Positions 38,532 through 47,803 of a stretch of DNA of 64,000 bases are shown in pieces. A program made the translations under genes and the position numbers. Each line of letters opens with the position of its first letter. Positions within the stretch are counted from its first letter, which is position 1. Below the pieces are notes generated by a model, which ran no database searches, was not told the origin of the DNA, and saw only the letters and a list, made by a program, of their open reading frames with translations. Source of the DNA: an uncultured Flavobacteriaceae bacterium (GTDB taxonomy: Bacteria > Bacteroidota > Bacteroidia > Flavobacteriales > Flavobacteriaceae); the NCBI GenBank assembly GCA_963781045.1, contig CAWAEX010000018.1, forward strand, positions 109,806-173,805. The letters are read 5' to 3'.

Positions 38532-39166
38532 TATAATGTTTTTCTGTATTTTTTATCGAACCAAACGGCGTGAAGGTAACATAATGGTCCTAAAAGACCA
38601 TAAAAGAACCCCGGAGCCCCAAAGTTAATACCAACTTTTAAAACTCCTAATATAATCGACATAATTGCGACCATTACATAAAGAGAAAAATGGTGTGCGT
38701 AAAAAAGGAGGTCTATGGAGGTTTGGAGTGATCTTGTCTTTCTAAAAGCCCTGTAATACATTAGAGCGTAGCACAAAAAGATCATAGCGAAACCAAAGCC
38801 ATACATCACAAACAAAGAAGCTAATCCATCACGGGTTATAGCTTGAAGACCTATCCAGGAATTGATCAATGACTTTAATGGAAATACATAATACAGTACT
38901 ACAAAAAGCAGCACAGAGTTTAAGGCAATGATCCAGTTGTCTATATAGGAGTTCCTTCTGAAGAAATTGTAATGTATCTTCCATAGCATCACTAAAACAA
39001 AAAAGCTGGCTCCAAAACTTATAAAATTGATAGCCTTGGCCCCGGTTAGCCAGAGGCTGCCATCCATGTCAAGCGTAACTACCATAAGGGTTGCAGCAAA
39101 GGCAAAAACCCCGTCACTAAAGGCTTCCACTCTGTTATTGTTATGTAAGAAATTCATAGGGCCCAT
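38531..39166 (-). CDS. TMEM175 family potassium channel
   Basis: RVEAFSDGVFAFAATL (RxxxFSD), WxxH in helix 2, about six TM helices. Confidence 0.88.
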   Translation of the reverse strand: MGPMNFLHNNNRVEAFSDGVFAFAATLMVVTLDMDGSLWLTGAKAINFISFGASFFVLVMLWKIHYNFFRRNSYIDNWIIALNSVLLFVVLYYVFPLKSLINSWIGLQAITRDGLASLFVMYGFGFAMIFLCYALMYYRAFRKTRSLQTSIDLLFYAHHFSLYVMVAIMSIILGVLKVGINFGAPGFFYGLLGPLCYLHAVWFDKKYRKTL

Positions 39167-39168
39167 GA

Positions 39169-40089
39169 TTAATTACCAGGAACTTCGGCTGCGAAAGCCA
39201 ACTTATTTGAAATACTATTAACGGCAATCCTGGAGATCTTCAAAATTTCACTCTTAGGAAATTCCTTTAGCACCTTCCATTGGTCATTGTTTAAACCAGG
39301 CGTAAAATTTATTAGCTGGTTGTCATTACCGGCCAGGATGGTTCCATTTATCAACCAGCACATGTCCTGAACTCCCGGAGGCAACGCAACTATTTTTTTT
39401 GTGGCTCCAGAAAAAGGATCCATCGATTTTATTTCCAAAACTTCTCCTTCTTTACTAATAAAACTTATAAGCGTAGAGTTTGGGATCTTGTGAAGAGACC
39501 TCCCTACATTTTTTTGAAAGGTATAGTTGGTACCATCCTTTATATTAGAAACTACAAGGTCCATTCTATTGTCAATCAATACGGTGGAGATAAGGATATT
39601 AGGATCATACCAAAGGTGATATCCTACTTTCAGATCCTTCAGCAGTACTTTAGCCGATGCTGTATTATAGTCATACTCATACAGCAACTGGGTACCGTCT
39701 GTATCTAGTCTGATCGCCGAAATAGATCTTTTCCCCGGGATCTTTAATGGAGAGTACTCACTGCCATTCTTTGTCTCTGATTTCCATTGCAAGCTATCCT
39801 TGTTCAGGGCGTAGGCAGCAATATCGGTTTGATCGTTACGTGTAGAGGAGAATAATACCAGGTTGTCATTGTAGAAAGAGGGTTGATTGTCATACCCGGG
39901 ATTGTTAGATATATTCTGTAAAGCATCAAAACTCATGCCTTCTGAATTTGTCTCCATAGTAACAACAAATACTTCGGTATTCGTCTGAGCAGAACTAGCA
40001 AAGGAACATGAACTTATAATTAGCACTAGAAGTATTCTCAGATACTTACACTTTTTATTCTGTAAACCGTTTGAGGAAGTCGCGTACAT
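39169..40089 (-). CDS. Exported TolB/PD40-like beta-propeller protein
   Basis: NISNNPGYDNQPSF, SEYSP; signal peptide LRILLVLIISSCSFASSA-Q; start ambiguous. Confidence 0.7.
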   Translation of the reverse strand: MYATSSNGLQNKKCKYLRILLVLIISSCSFASSAQTNTEVFVVTMETNSEGMSFDALQNISNNPGYDNQPSFYNDNLVLFSSTRNDQTDIAAYALNKDSLQWKSETKNGSEYSPLKIPGKRSISAIRLDTDGTQLLYEYDYNTASAKVLLKDLKVGYHLWYDPNILISTVLIDNRMDLVVSNIKDGTNYTFQKNVGRSLHKIPNSTLISFISKEGEVLEIKSMDPFSGATKKIVALPPGVQDMCWLINGTILAGNDNQLINFTPGLNNDQWKVLKEFPKSEILKISRIAVNSISNKLAFAAEVPGN

Positions 40090-42262
40090 TTTTTATGCTG
40101 TCTAGATAGTATTTGGCTTGTGTTTTCTGTCTGCCCACCTTCACGGTCACCGCTGTCTCTGGTAATTCCTGAAACATGAACTCGTCTGTCCAGTCATCTC
40201 CAATGGCAAACACAAAATCATAAGTTTCCTGAGTAAAAATACGCATTGCAGCCCTTCCTTTATTCACATTGCTACTTTTTATCTCCATTACTTTATTGCC
40301 ATTTAATACACTCAGATCATCGTTTGCAATTAGACTACGTAATACCGTATTTAATTCCGAGGCCCTCTTCTGTCCAAAGTCGGGATCTGTGTTTCGGTAA
40401 TGCCATGCCAGGGAATAGTTCTTCTCCTCTATAAAACTACCGGGAGTTCTATCGACAAAGGACTCCAGCACGGGCAAGATCTTTTCCATCCAATCTTTCT
40501 TCACATTTTCCAGCATTGTGAAATCCGATCCTTTTTCTGAAAGCCATACTCCATGCTCCGCGATCATATTGTATTTTTTCTTTAGGAACCAGCGCTCAAA
40601 GGTTTCCTTATCGCGTCCGCTGATAAGATATACATCTGTATTTTCCAAGGCAGCCAGGTTGTCTATCAGCTCATATAATGCGGTATCGGGGGCTGCTTTC
40701 TGAGGATCATTGTGAAACCCGGCCAGGGTACCATCATAGTCTAAAAAGAGCAGTCGCTTTTCCGCATTCCGGTATTGTGTCATGATGGTGTTTGTAAGAT
40801 CTACAGATAAACGCCTGGTTACATAGGTTGGGTCCTTATCGCTTTGTATAGTGAGCGATCGCATAAAGTCATTGGCCCATTTTTCTACGTTGTAGCGTTC
40901 CAACCTTTTTTGCAACACAGTATTCCTTTCTTTTTGTTCCTCAACTGGCATTTGGATCGCCCTGTGAATGGCATCCGCAATTTGTTCAAAATTATTAGGA
41001 TTGATCAGCAGGGATTCGTTCATTTCATTTGCGGATCCTGCCATCTCACTTAAGATCAGAACACCTGTTTTATCCGTACGAGTTGCTATGTATTCTTTCG
41101 CCACAAGGTTCATCCCATCCCGGATAGGGGTAAGCCAGGCGATGTCACAAGAAGTATACAGATCAATAAGGTTGTCAAAGGGCATAGAACGATAGAAATA
41201 CCATATGGGTGTCCAGCTAACAGTAGCCAGTTCTCCATTGATCCTGCCTACCAGTTCATCGATCTCTCTTTTCAATAATTTGTATTGCGGAACATTGGAT
41301 CTGGATGGAACAGCCAGGATTATAAGACGGACCTTTTCCTTGTATTGAGGATATTTTTTAAAAAAATATTCATAGGCATTTAGCCGTTTTGCGATGCCTT
41401 TAGAATAGTCTAAACGATCTATTGAAAGCAGGAATTTAGCATCGGGTGAAGCCTCTTTGTGTTTGTTGAGTCTCCTTTGAAGCTCAGACTGGTCTTTTTT
41501 TGAAAGCGACTTATGTTGTTTAGCGGCTTCGCTGAATTTTGCATAATCGATCCCCATTGGGAAAGAATCTACTTTTACAACACGATCATCCGAGTATATA
41601 TCATTAAAGCTAACTTCTAATCCTAATATACGCCGAACAGAGCTAAGAAAATGCCGTTCATAGTCGTATGTGTGGAAGCCAATAAGGTCCGATCCCAGTA
41701 AACCCATTAATACTTCTTCCCGCCAGGGCAGTGTTCTGAAGATCTCATAGGACGGAAATGGAATGTGAAGGAAAAATCCAATGGAAATATTAGGGCGTTT
41801 TTCACGGACCATTTGAGGAACGAGCATAAGTTGATAGTCATGGACCCATATTACATCATCTTCCCCGGCTTCCTTCAATATGGCATCAGCAAACTTTTGA
41901 TTCACTTCTTTATAGGTATTCCAACTAGCCAGTTCAAACTCTGCATATTCAAGAAAATAATGAAAAAGAGGCCAAATAGTACGGTTGCTAAAACCGTAGT
42001 AAAACCCATCTACTTCTTCTGTGGTTAGTTTTACTTTAGAAGACCCATGTTTGGCCAGGGCCGCATCTATCTTACCTTCGAGCTCAGGGGGAATCTCTTC
42101 CTCGGTAAGGCCACTCCATCCTATCCAAAGGCTTTGCCCTTCAGAATGAACAGATTTCATTCCGGTAGCTAAACCGCCCACACTTGGGATAGCATTGATC
42201 GATCCATTGTCAATTTGCAATTGAACAGGGAGCCGATTTGAGATAATGATAGTTTTAGCCAT
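40055..42262 (-). CDS. Bifunctional trehalose-6-phosphate synthase/phosphatase (GT20 + HAD)
   Basis: SNRLP, GGLA, WVHDYQL, FLHIPFP, DRLDYSKG, DGMNLVAKEY; HAD motifs FLDYDGTL and GDDWTDE. Confidence 0.95.
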   Translation of the reverse strand: MAKTIIISNRLPVQLQIDNGSINAIPSVGGLATGMKSVHSEGQSLWIGWSGLTEEEIPPELEGKIDAALAKHGSSKVKLTTEEVDGFYYGFSNRTIWPLFHYFLEYAEFELASWNTYKEVNQKFADAILKEAGEDDVIWVHDYQLMLVPQMVREKRPNISIGFFLHIPFPSYEIFRTLPWREEVLMGLLGSDLIGFHTYDYERHFLSSVRRILGLEVSFNDIYSDDRVVKVDSFPMGIDYAKFSEAAKQHKSLSKKDQSELQRRLNKHKEASPDAKFLLSIDRLDYSKGIAKRLNAYEYFFKKYPQYKEKVRLIILAVPSRSNVPQYKLLKREIDELVGRINGELATVSWTPIWYFYRSMPFDNLIDLYTSCDIAWLTPIRDGMNLVAKEYIATRTDKTGVLILSEMAGSANEMNESLLINPNNFEQIADAIHRAIQMPVEEQKERNTVLQKRLERYNVEKWANDFMRSLTIQSDKDPTYVTRRLSVDLTNTIMTQYRNAEKRLLFLDYDGTLAGFHNDPQKAAPDTALYELIDNLAALENTDVYLISGRDKETFERWFLKKKYNMIAEHGVWLSEKGSDFTMLENVKKDWMEKILPVLESFVDRTPGSFIEEKNYSLAWHYRNTDPDFGQKRASELNTVLRSLIANDDLSVLNGNKVMEIKSSNVNKGRAAMRIFTQETYDFVFAIGDDWTDEFMFQELPETAVTVKVGRQKTQAKYYLDSIKNVRDFLKRFTE

Positions 42263-42363
42263 AAAATGAATGTTTTTAACTCCTTTTAGCTTTAATTTCT
42301 CTAAATTTCGTCAAATTGTGGCGCAATTGCAATGAATCAAAAATTTTTACCAGATTCTCATTT

Positions 42364-44163
42364 ATGGATAACTTAGATTATGGAATTATAGGAAATTGTA
42401 GAAGTGCGGCACTTGTCTCAAAAACGGGTTCAATTGATTGGTGTTGCCTTCCTGAGTTTGATTCTTCTTCCGTTTTTGCCAAGTTACTCGATGAACAAAA
42501 GGGAGGAAGTTTCGGGATAAAGGTGGCACCTTCATATACCATAAAACAACGTTACAAAAAACACACCGCTGTTCTTATAACCAGGTTCAGTGATGGAGAT
42601 AATATCTTTGAGGTGCACGATTTTATGCCTCGTTATTACAAAGGAGTAAATGCGTATTACGGCCCTCCAGAAATAGCCCGATTTATAAAACTAATATCGG
42701 GTAAACCAAGTTTTAGTGTTCAATATGAACCAAAGCTGGCATACGCTGTAGGGAAGACTCATAGCTATGTAAAAAAGAAATTCATCGTGAGTTTAACTCA
42801 GGGTGAAAAATTCGAAACGGTTTTTCTTTATTCCTCCTTTAATAAAAATGCTATTGTAGAGGGAAGAGAAATGGAGATCACAGAAAATGGTTATTTTCTG
42901 CTGGCTTACAATGAAAAGATCTTTCAACCAAGTACCCGCAAAGTTTATCTTGAACTTGAAAGGACAAAGGTCTACTGGCTAAACTGGAGTAATAAGACCC
43001 CCAATTATAAGAAATACAATGCCCAGATAAACCGCAGTGCTATAACTCTGAAATTACTCACTTACAACAAGACAGGGGCGGTTCTTGCGGCAGCTACTAC
43101 TTCCTTACCGGAAACTATTGGAGAGGTCCGCAACTGGGATTATCGTTTTTGTTGGATCCGAGATGCGTCTATGGCGATCAAGGTTATGGCAGATCTTGGA
43201 CATACTAATGTGGCCAGAAGATACTTGCAATTTATAGTAGATATTATTCCAGATAAGGATGAGAAGCTGCAGATCATGTATGGGATCAATAAGGAAAAGA
43301 AATTAACAGAAAAAACCCTGGACCATCTAAGTGGTTATAAGGGCTCGAAACCAGTAAGGATAGGTAATGCTGCCTACCAACAAAGGCAAAACGACATTTA
43401 CGGTATTTTGATGGATGTGCTCTACGAACAATTGAATAAACACAGTACTGATATTGAAAATGGAGAGGAATTGTGGGGTATTACCAAGGGCATCGTTTGG
43501 ATCGTTTCCAAACATTGGGAAGAACCAGATAAGGGAATTTGGGAATTCCGCACAGAAGACAGACACTTTACCTTTTCAAAGGTACTATGCTGGGTTGCTA
43601 TAGACCGAGCCATTAAAGTGGCCAGGATCTTCCGTAAAACCAGGAAGATTGAAAAGTGGAGCACTTTAGAGCAAAAGATCAAAAAAGACATCATGGACAA
43701 TGCCTGGAACGAAGAGGTTAAGGCCTTTACACAATCGTATGGTTCTCCCAATTTGGATGCGGCTGTCCTCTTGATGGAGTCTTATGGTTTTATCCCGGCA
43801 AAAGATCCAAAATTTGTCAGCACTGTAAAAGCCATTGAACGAGAACTGAGTAACGATGGCTTGTTGTATCGCTATAAGAATGAGGATGATTTTGGATTGC
43901 CCTCTTCTTCGTTTACGATCTGCACATTTTGGTTTATCAATAGCCTGTTCAAGATAGGAGAGGAAGAGAAGGCGATGGCGCTTTTTGACAGACTATTAAC
44001 CTATAGTAATCATTTAGGTCTTTTTAGTGAAGACATTGATTTTAAGACGAAAAGACTGTTAGGTAATTTTCCACAGGCCTATTCTCATCTGGCATTGATA
44101 GAATGTGCTCTCAATTTTTCAAAGAAAGCTACAGAACAGCAGGTTCTCGAATCTATGCAGTAA
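42364..44163 (+). CDS. Glycoside hydrolase family 15 (trehalase/glucoamylase-like)
   Basis: DYGIIGNC, TTSLPE, RNWDYRFCWIRD, GIWEFR, GLFSED, LGNFPQAYSH; likely start ATG 42364. Confidence 0.92.
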   Translation: MDNLDYGIIGNCRSAALVSKTGSIDWCCLPEFDSSSVFAKLLDEQKGGSFGIKVAPSYTIKQRYKKHTAVLITRFSDGDNIFEVHDFMPRYYKGVNAYYGPPEIARFIKLISGKPSFSVQYEPKLAYAVGKTHSYVKKKFIVSLTQGEKFETVFLYSSFNKNAIVEGREMEITENGYFLLAYNEKIFQPSTRKVYLELERTKVYWLNWSNKTPNYKKYNAQINRSAITLKLLTYNKTGAVLAAATTSLPETIGEVRNWDYRFCWIRDASMAIKVMADLGHTNVARRYLQFIVDIIPDKDEKLQIMYGINKEKKLTEKTLDHLSGYKGSKPVRIGNAAYQQRQNDIYGILMDVLYEQLNKHSTDIENGEELWGITKGIVWIVSKHWEEPDKGIWEFRTEDRHFTFSKVLCWVAIDRAIKVARIFRKTRKIEKWSTLEQKIKKDIMDNAWNEEVKAFTQSYGSPNLDAAVLLMESYGFIPAKDPKFVSTVKAIERELSNDGLLYRYKNEDDFGLPSSSFTICTFWFINSLFKIGEEEKAMALFDRLLTYSNHLGLFSEDIDFKTKRLLGNFPQAYSHLALIECALNFSKKATEQQVLESMQ

Positions 44164-45589
44164 TCATAACATCTCCCTTGCGTTTTATAAGGGTGAGCAA
44201 TTCTTCAAGATGGACCATGGTCGTAAACGGATTCATGATGGTAGTTCTAAGATAGTGTACTCCTTTAATCATGGTTTGAACAATGTAAAAGTTACCTTCC
44301 ACCAGCAATTCCTGTCTTATCCTTCGGTTGATCTCATCTAAGCGATCCTGCGATGCACCTTTATCCACAAAGCGAAAACATACAATATTAGACATTGGAG
44401 TAACAGCTAAATGTAATTTCGGGTCTTTTTTGATCTGCTCTCCAAAGGCCTTCCCCAGATCGTATAGCGTGGTTACATTCTGATCAAAAACGGCTTCTCC
44501 ATAAGACTTAATTAGCAGAAACCATTGCAGACTCATCATGGTCTTAGTGCATTCAAAAGTTTGTTTTGCCAGATTATACCAATCTTCATCATCTGACTGC
44601 TGCAGCAAATAGTCTGCATGTTGGCTAAAGGTAGTATGGGAGTGTTTTCCGTTTCGAAAAATAAGTGCTGTGGTAATAGTAGACATCAGCATCATCTTAT
44701 GTCCATCAATTACCACAGAATCTGCCTTATCTATGCCCCGCACGGTATGTTTGTACTTTTCTGAAAAGATGGCAGCTCCCCCGTGAGCTCCATCCACATG
44801 AAACCATATTCCTTTATCTGAACAAAATGCACCTAAGGCCGTTAGATCATCATAGATCCCCGTTGCAGTAGAAGGGGCACTTCCTACCAGAGCAAAGACC
44901 TCTATTCCCTGGTTTTGTGCATCTAAATAATACTTTTCCAGGAGTGCGGTGTCTATTGAAAAATCTTCGTTTACAGGCACTTTAATGATCCCTGCCGTTC
45001 CTAATCCCATGATCCTGGCAGCTCTTTCTACACAGTAATGTGCTTCTGCAGATACCATGATTCCTAATTTTTCAGAAGTCCCTATATTCCATACATCATG
45101 AGCTACTTTAGCCTTCCTCGCGGACAGCAAGGCCGTTAGATTGGCAAGAGTTCCACCTGAAGTAAGAATACCTCGCGCCTCCTCCTTAAATCCCAATTTT
45201 TTTGCCAGAAGATCGGTTACTATCCGTTCCATAGCCGTAGGAGCCATCCCCATTTCATATACGGCCATACCATTGTTGAGAAAGGAACTAACCAGTCCGG
45301 CCAAAGCAGCCTGCGGGGCAGGGGCACATACCTGATGACCAATATATTTAGGATGATGAACATGTGTAGTATGTTTCAGGACTTCCGGAAAGAAATCGGC
45401 TATCTCACCTTTTTCATGGAAGTGCGACCAAAATCTTTTCTCATCCTCTGGTAAATTCCATTGAATGACTCGATCAGTTTTTTGATGCAAGCTATTATCA
45501 AGGTGATTGGCCAGCACATCGATTAAGGCATGACCTTCTTGCCGAAACCTTTCAGGAGAATAAACCTCTTTTAAGATATTATTTGTCAT
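44153..45589 (-). CDS. Group II PLP-dependent decarboxylase
   Basis: TSGGTLAN, AHYC, WFHVDGAHG, IDGHKMM. Confidence 0.88.
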   Translation of the reverse strand: MTNNILKEVYSPERFRQEGHALIDVLANHLDNSLHQKTDRVIQWNLPEDEKRFWSHFHEKGEIADFFPEVLKHTTHVHHPKYIGHQVCAPAPQAALAGLVSSFLNNGMAVYEMGMAPTAMERIVTDLLAKKLGFKEEARGILTSGGTLANLTALLSARKAKVAHDVWNIGTSEKLGIMVSAEAHYCVERAARIMGLGTAGIIKVPVNEDFSIDTALLEKYYLDAQNQGIEVFALVGSAPSTATGIYDDLTALGAFCSDKGIWFHVDGAHGGAAIFSEKYKHTVRGIDKADSVVIDGHKMMLMSTITTALIFRNGKHSHTTFSQHADYLLQQSDDEDWYNLAKQTFECTKTMMSLQWFLLIKSYGEAVFDQNVTTLYDLGKAFGEQIKKDPKLHLAVTPMSNIVCFRFVDKGASQDRLDEINRRIRQELLVEGNFYIVQTMIKGVHYLRTTIMNPFTTMVHLEELLTLIKRKGDVMITA

Positions 45590-45676
45590 ATCGTTATCGG
45601 TATTAAAAATGGTGATAAGCAGATCTTTTTAGGCGATCTTCATCTGCTAAAATAGCGAGAAACGTACATAATTAAT

Positions 45677-45684
45677 TACATTTG
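45677..45684 (+). promoter_or_regulatory. -7 promoter element for the DPP III gene
   Basis: TACATTTG 27 nt before ATG 45712. Confidence 0.6.
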
Positions 45685-45711
45685 GGAAACAACAAATAAA
45701 AACAATATAAC

Positions 45712-47733
45712 ATGAGATTAAAAGTACTGTTTTCATACTTTTTAATGGGCGCATTAATTTGGTCCTGTAATGAAAATTCCTCGGAAAAATCAGCGATATC
45801 TGCGGATGAGACTTCCTTTGACTATGTCGTAGAACAATTTGCGGATATACAGATCTTGCGATATCAGATCCCTGGATTCAATGAATTAAGTATTGAACAA
45901 AAGAAACTTGTCTACTATTTATATCAGGCTGGTTTGGCCGGAAGAGATATTATGTGGGATCAGAATTACCGACATAATTTGCAGATCAGAGAAGCACTTG
46001 AAAAGGTCTTTGAGAATTATTCTGGGGATAAAGAGTCCGATAACTGGAAGGCGTTTGAAACCTATTTAAAAAGGGTCTGGTTCTCAAATGGTATTCATCA
46101 TCATTATTCCAATGACAAATTAGTTCCTGGATTCTCACCTGAGTATTTAACTGAACTCTTAAATGAGACCAATACAGAACTAAGTGGGGATCCATTTAAT
46201 GTGATCTTTAATGAACAAGATGATAAGAAAGTGAATAAGAAGAAAGGAGTAGACAATGTTGCCGCTTCAGCAATAAACTTCTATGACCCTTCTATTACTG
46301 ATAATGAAGTGGAAGAATATTACGCCAGCGCTTATAAAGGGCCGGAGGGAAAACCGGTTGAAACAGGTCTCAATACTAAGTTGGTAAAGAAGAATGGTAA
46401 GATCATGGAAGAGGTTTATAAATCTGGCGGACTTTACGGCAGTGCTATAGATGAGATCATTAAATGGTTGGAGCTGGCAATGGGTGTAGCTGAGAACGAG
46501 CAACAAGCCAATACCCTTGCATTGCTTATTGAATACTACAAAACTGGTAATCTGGATACCTGGGATGCCTACGCTATCTCATGGGTTAATTCAAAAGAAG
46601 GGGATATAGATTGGATCAACGGTTTTATAGAAGTTTACAATGATCCTAAAGGTTACAAGGGATCGTATGAAAGTATTATCCAGATAAAGGATTTTGAGAT
46701 GTCTAAACAAATGGCGGTATTATCTGAAAACGCCCAATGGTTTGAAGATACGTCCCCATTAATGGAGGAACATAAGAAAAAGAATGTGGTAGGTGTGTCT
46801 TATAAAACGGTGAATGTGGCCGCTGAAGCTGGAGACGCTTCCCCTAGTACTCCAATTGGGGTTAATTTACCCAACAACAACTGGATTCGACAGGATCACG
46901 GCAGTAAATCTGTTTCTTTGGGGAACATTATTGATTCGTACAATAATGCCGGAGGTTCTGGTCGTTTAAAGGAATTTGCAAATGACGAAGAGGAGATCGC
47001 ATTTGAGGAAAAATATGGAAAAACTGCCTCTAAACTTCTCACGGCACTGCACGAGGTAGTTGGCCATGCTTCCGGACAATTGAATGAAGGGGTAGGGCAG
47101 CCGAAAGAAACACTTAAACACTACGCATCCACCATGGAAGAAGGGCGGGCAGATCTTGTTGGCTTATATTTTCTGATGGATCCGAAATTGCAGGAATTGG
47201 GCCTTACCGATAATTATGAGGAATTAGGCAAGACTGCTTTTGATCGCTATATCAGGAATGGTATGGTGACACAGCTTGTCAGAATTAATCTTGGTGATGA
47301 TATAGAAGAAGATCATATGGTGAATCGCCAATGGGTGTCTTCCTGGGTTTTTGAGAAAGGTGCGCCAGATAAGGTGATCGAAAAGGTAGAACGCGATGGC
47401 AAGACATATTACAATATCAATGATTATAAGAAATTGCGAGAACTGTTCGGCCAATTACTTCAGGAAACTCAGAGAATTAAATCCGAAGGTGATTTTAAGG
47501 CAGCTGAAGACCTGGTAGAAGGATATGGGGTAAAAGTAGACCAGAAGCTACATGCTGAGGTATTGGAACGTAATTCGGTATTTAAGTCGGCACCTTACAG
47601 TGGGTTTGTAAACCCCGAATTGGTGGCAGAAATGAATGATGCCGGGGAGATCGTAACTGTTACTATTGTACAACCCGAATCTTTCGCGGGACAGATGATG
47701 TCTTATTCAAGAAGTTATGGGTTTTTAAAATAG
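45712..47733 (+). CDS. Dipeptidyl-peptidase III (M49) lipoprotein
   Basis: Hexapeptide HEVVGH, EEGRAD, GVNLPN; lipobox IWSC. Confidence 0.9.
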   Translation: MRLKVLFSYFLMGALIWSCNENSSEKSAISADETSFDYVVEQFADIQILRYQIPGFNELSIEQKKLVYYLYQAGLAGRDIMWDQNYRHNLQIREALEKVFENYSGDKESDNWKAFETYLKRVWFSNGIHHHYSNDKLVPGFSPEYLTELLNETNTELSGDPFNVIFNEQDDKKVNKKKGVDNVAASAINFYDPSITDNEVEEYYASAYKGPEGKPVETGLNTKLVKKNGKIMEEVYKSGGLYGSAIDEIIKWLELAMGVAENEQQANTLALLIEYYKTGNLDTWDAYAISWVNSKEGDIDWINGFIEVYNDPKGYKGSYESIIQIKDFEMSKQMAVLSENAQWFEDTSPLMEEHKKKNVVGVSYKTVNVAAEAGDASPSTPIGVNLPNNNWIRQDHGSKSVSLGNIIDSYNNAGGSGRLKEFANDEEEIAFEEKYGKTASKLLTALHEVVGHASGQLNEGVGQPKETLKHYASTMEEGRADLVGLYFLMDPKLQELGLTDNYEELGKTAFDRYIRNGMVTQLVRINLGDDIEEDHMVNRQWVSSWVFEKGAPDKVIEKVERDGKTYYNINDYKKLRELFGQLLQETQRIKSEGDFKAAEDLVEGYGVKVDQKLHAEVLERNSVFKSAPYSGFVNPELVAEMNDAGEIVTVTIVQPESFAGQMMSYSRSYGFLK

Positions 47734-47754
47734 AATCTCAATGTTTATAATTAC

Positions 47755-47782
47755 AAAAACCGCCTTTTAAGGGCGGTTTTTT
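47755..47782. terminator. Bidirectional intrinsic terminator
   Basis: AAAAACCGCCT-ttta-AGGGCGGTTTTTT-type hairpin between convergent genes. Confidence 0.88.
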
Positions 47783-47803
47783 ATATTATGAGTAAGCTAT
47801 CTT

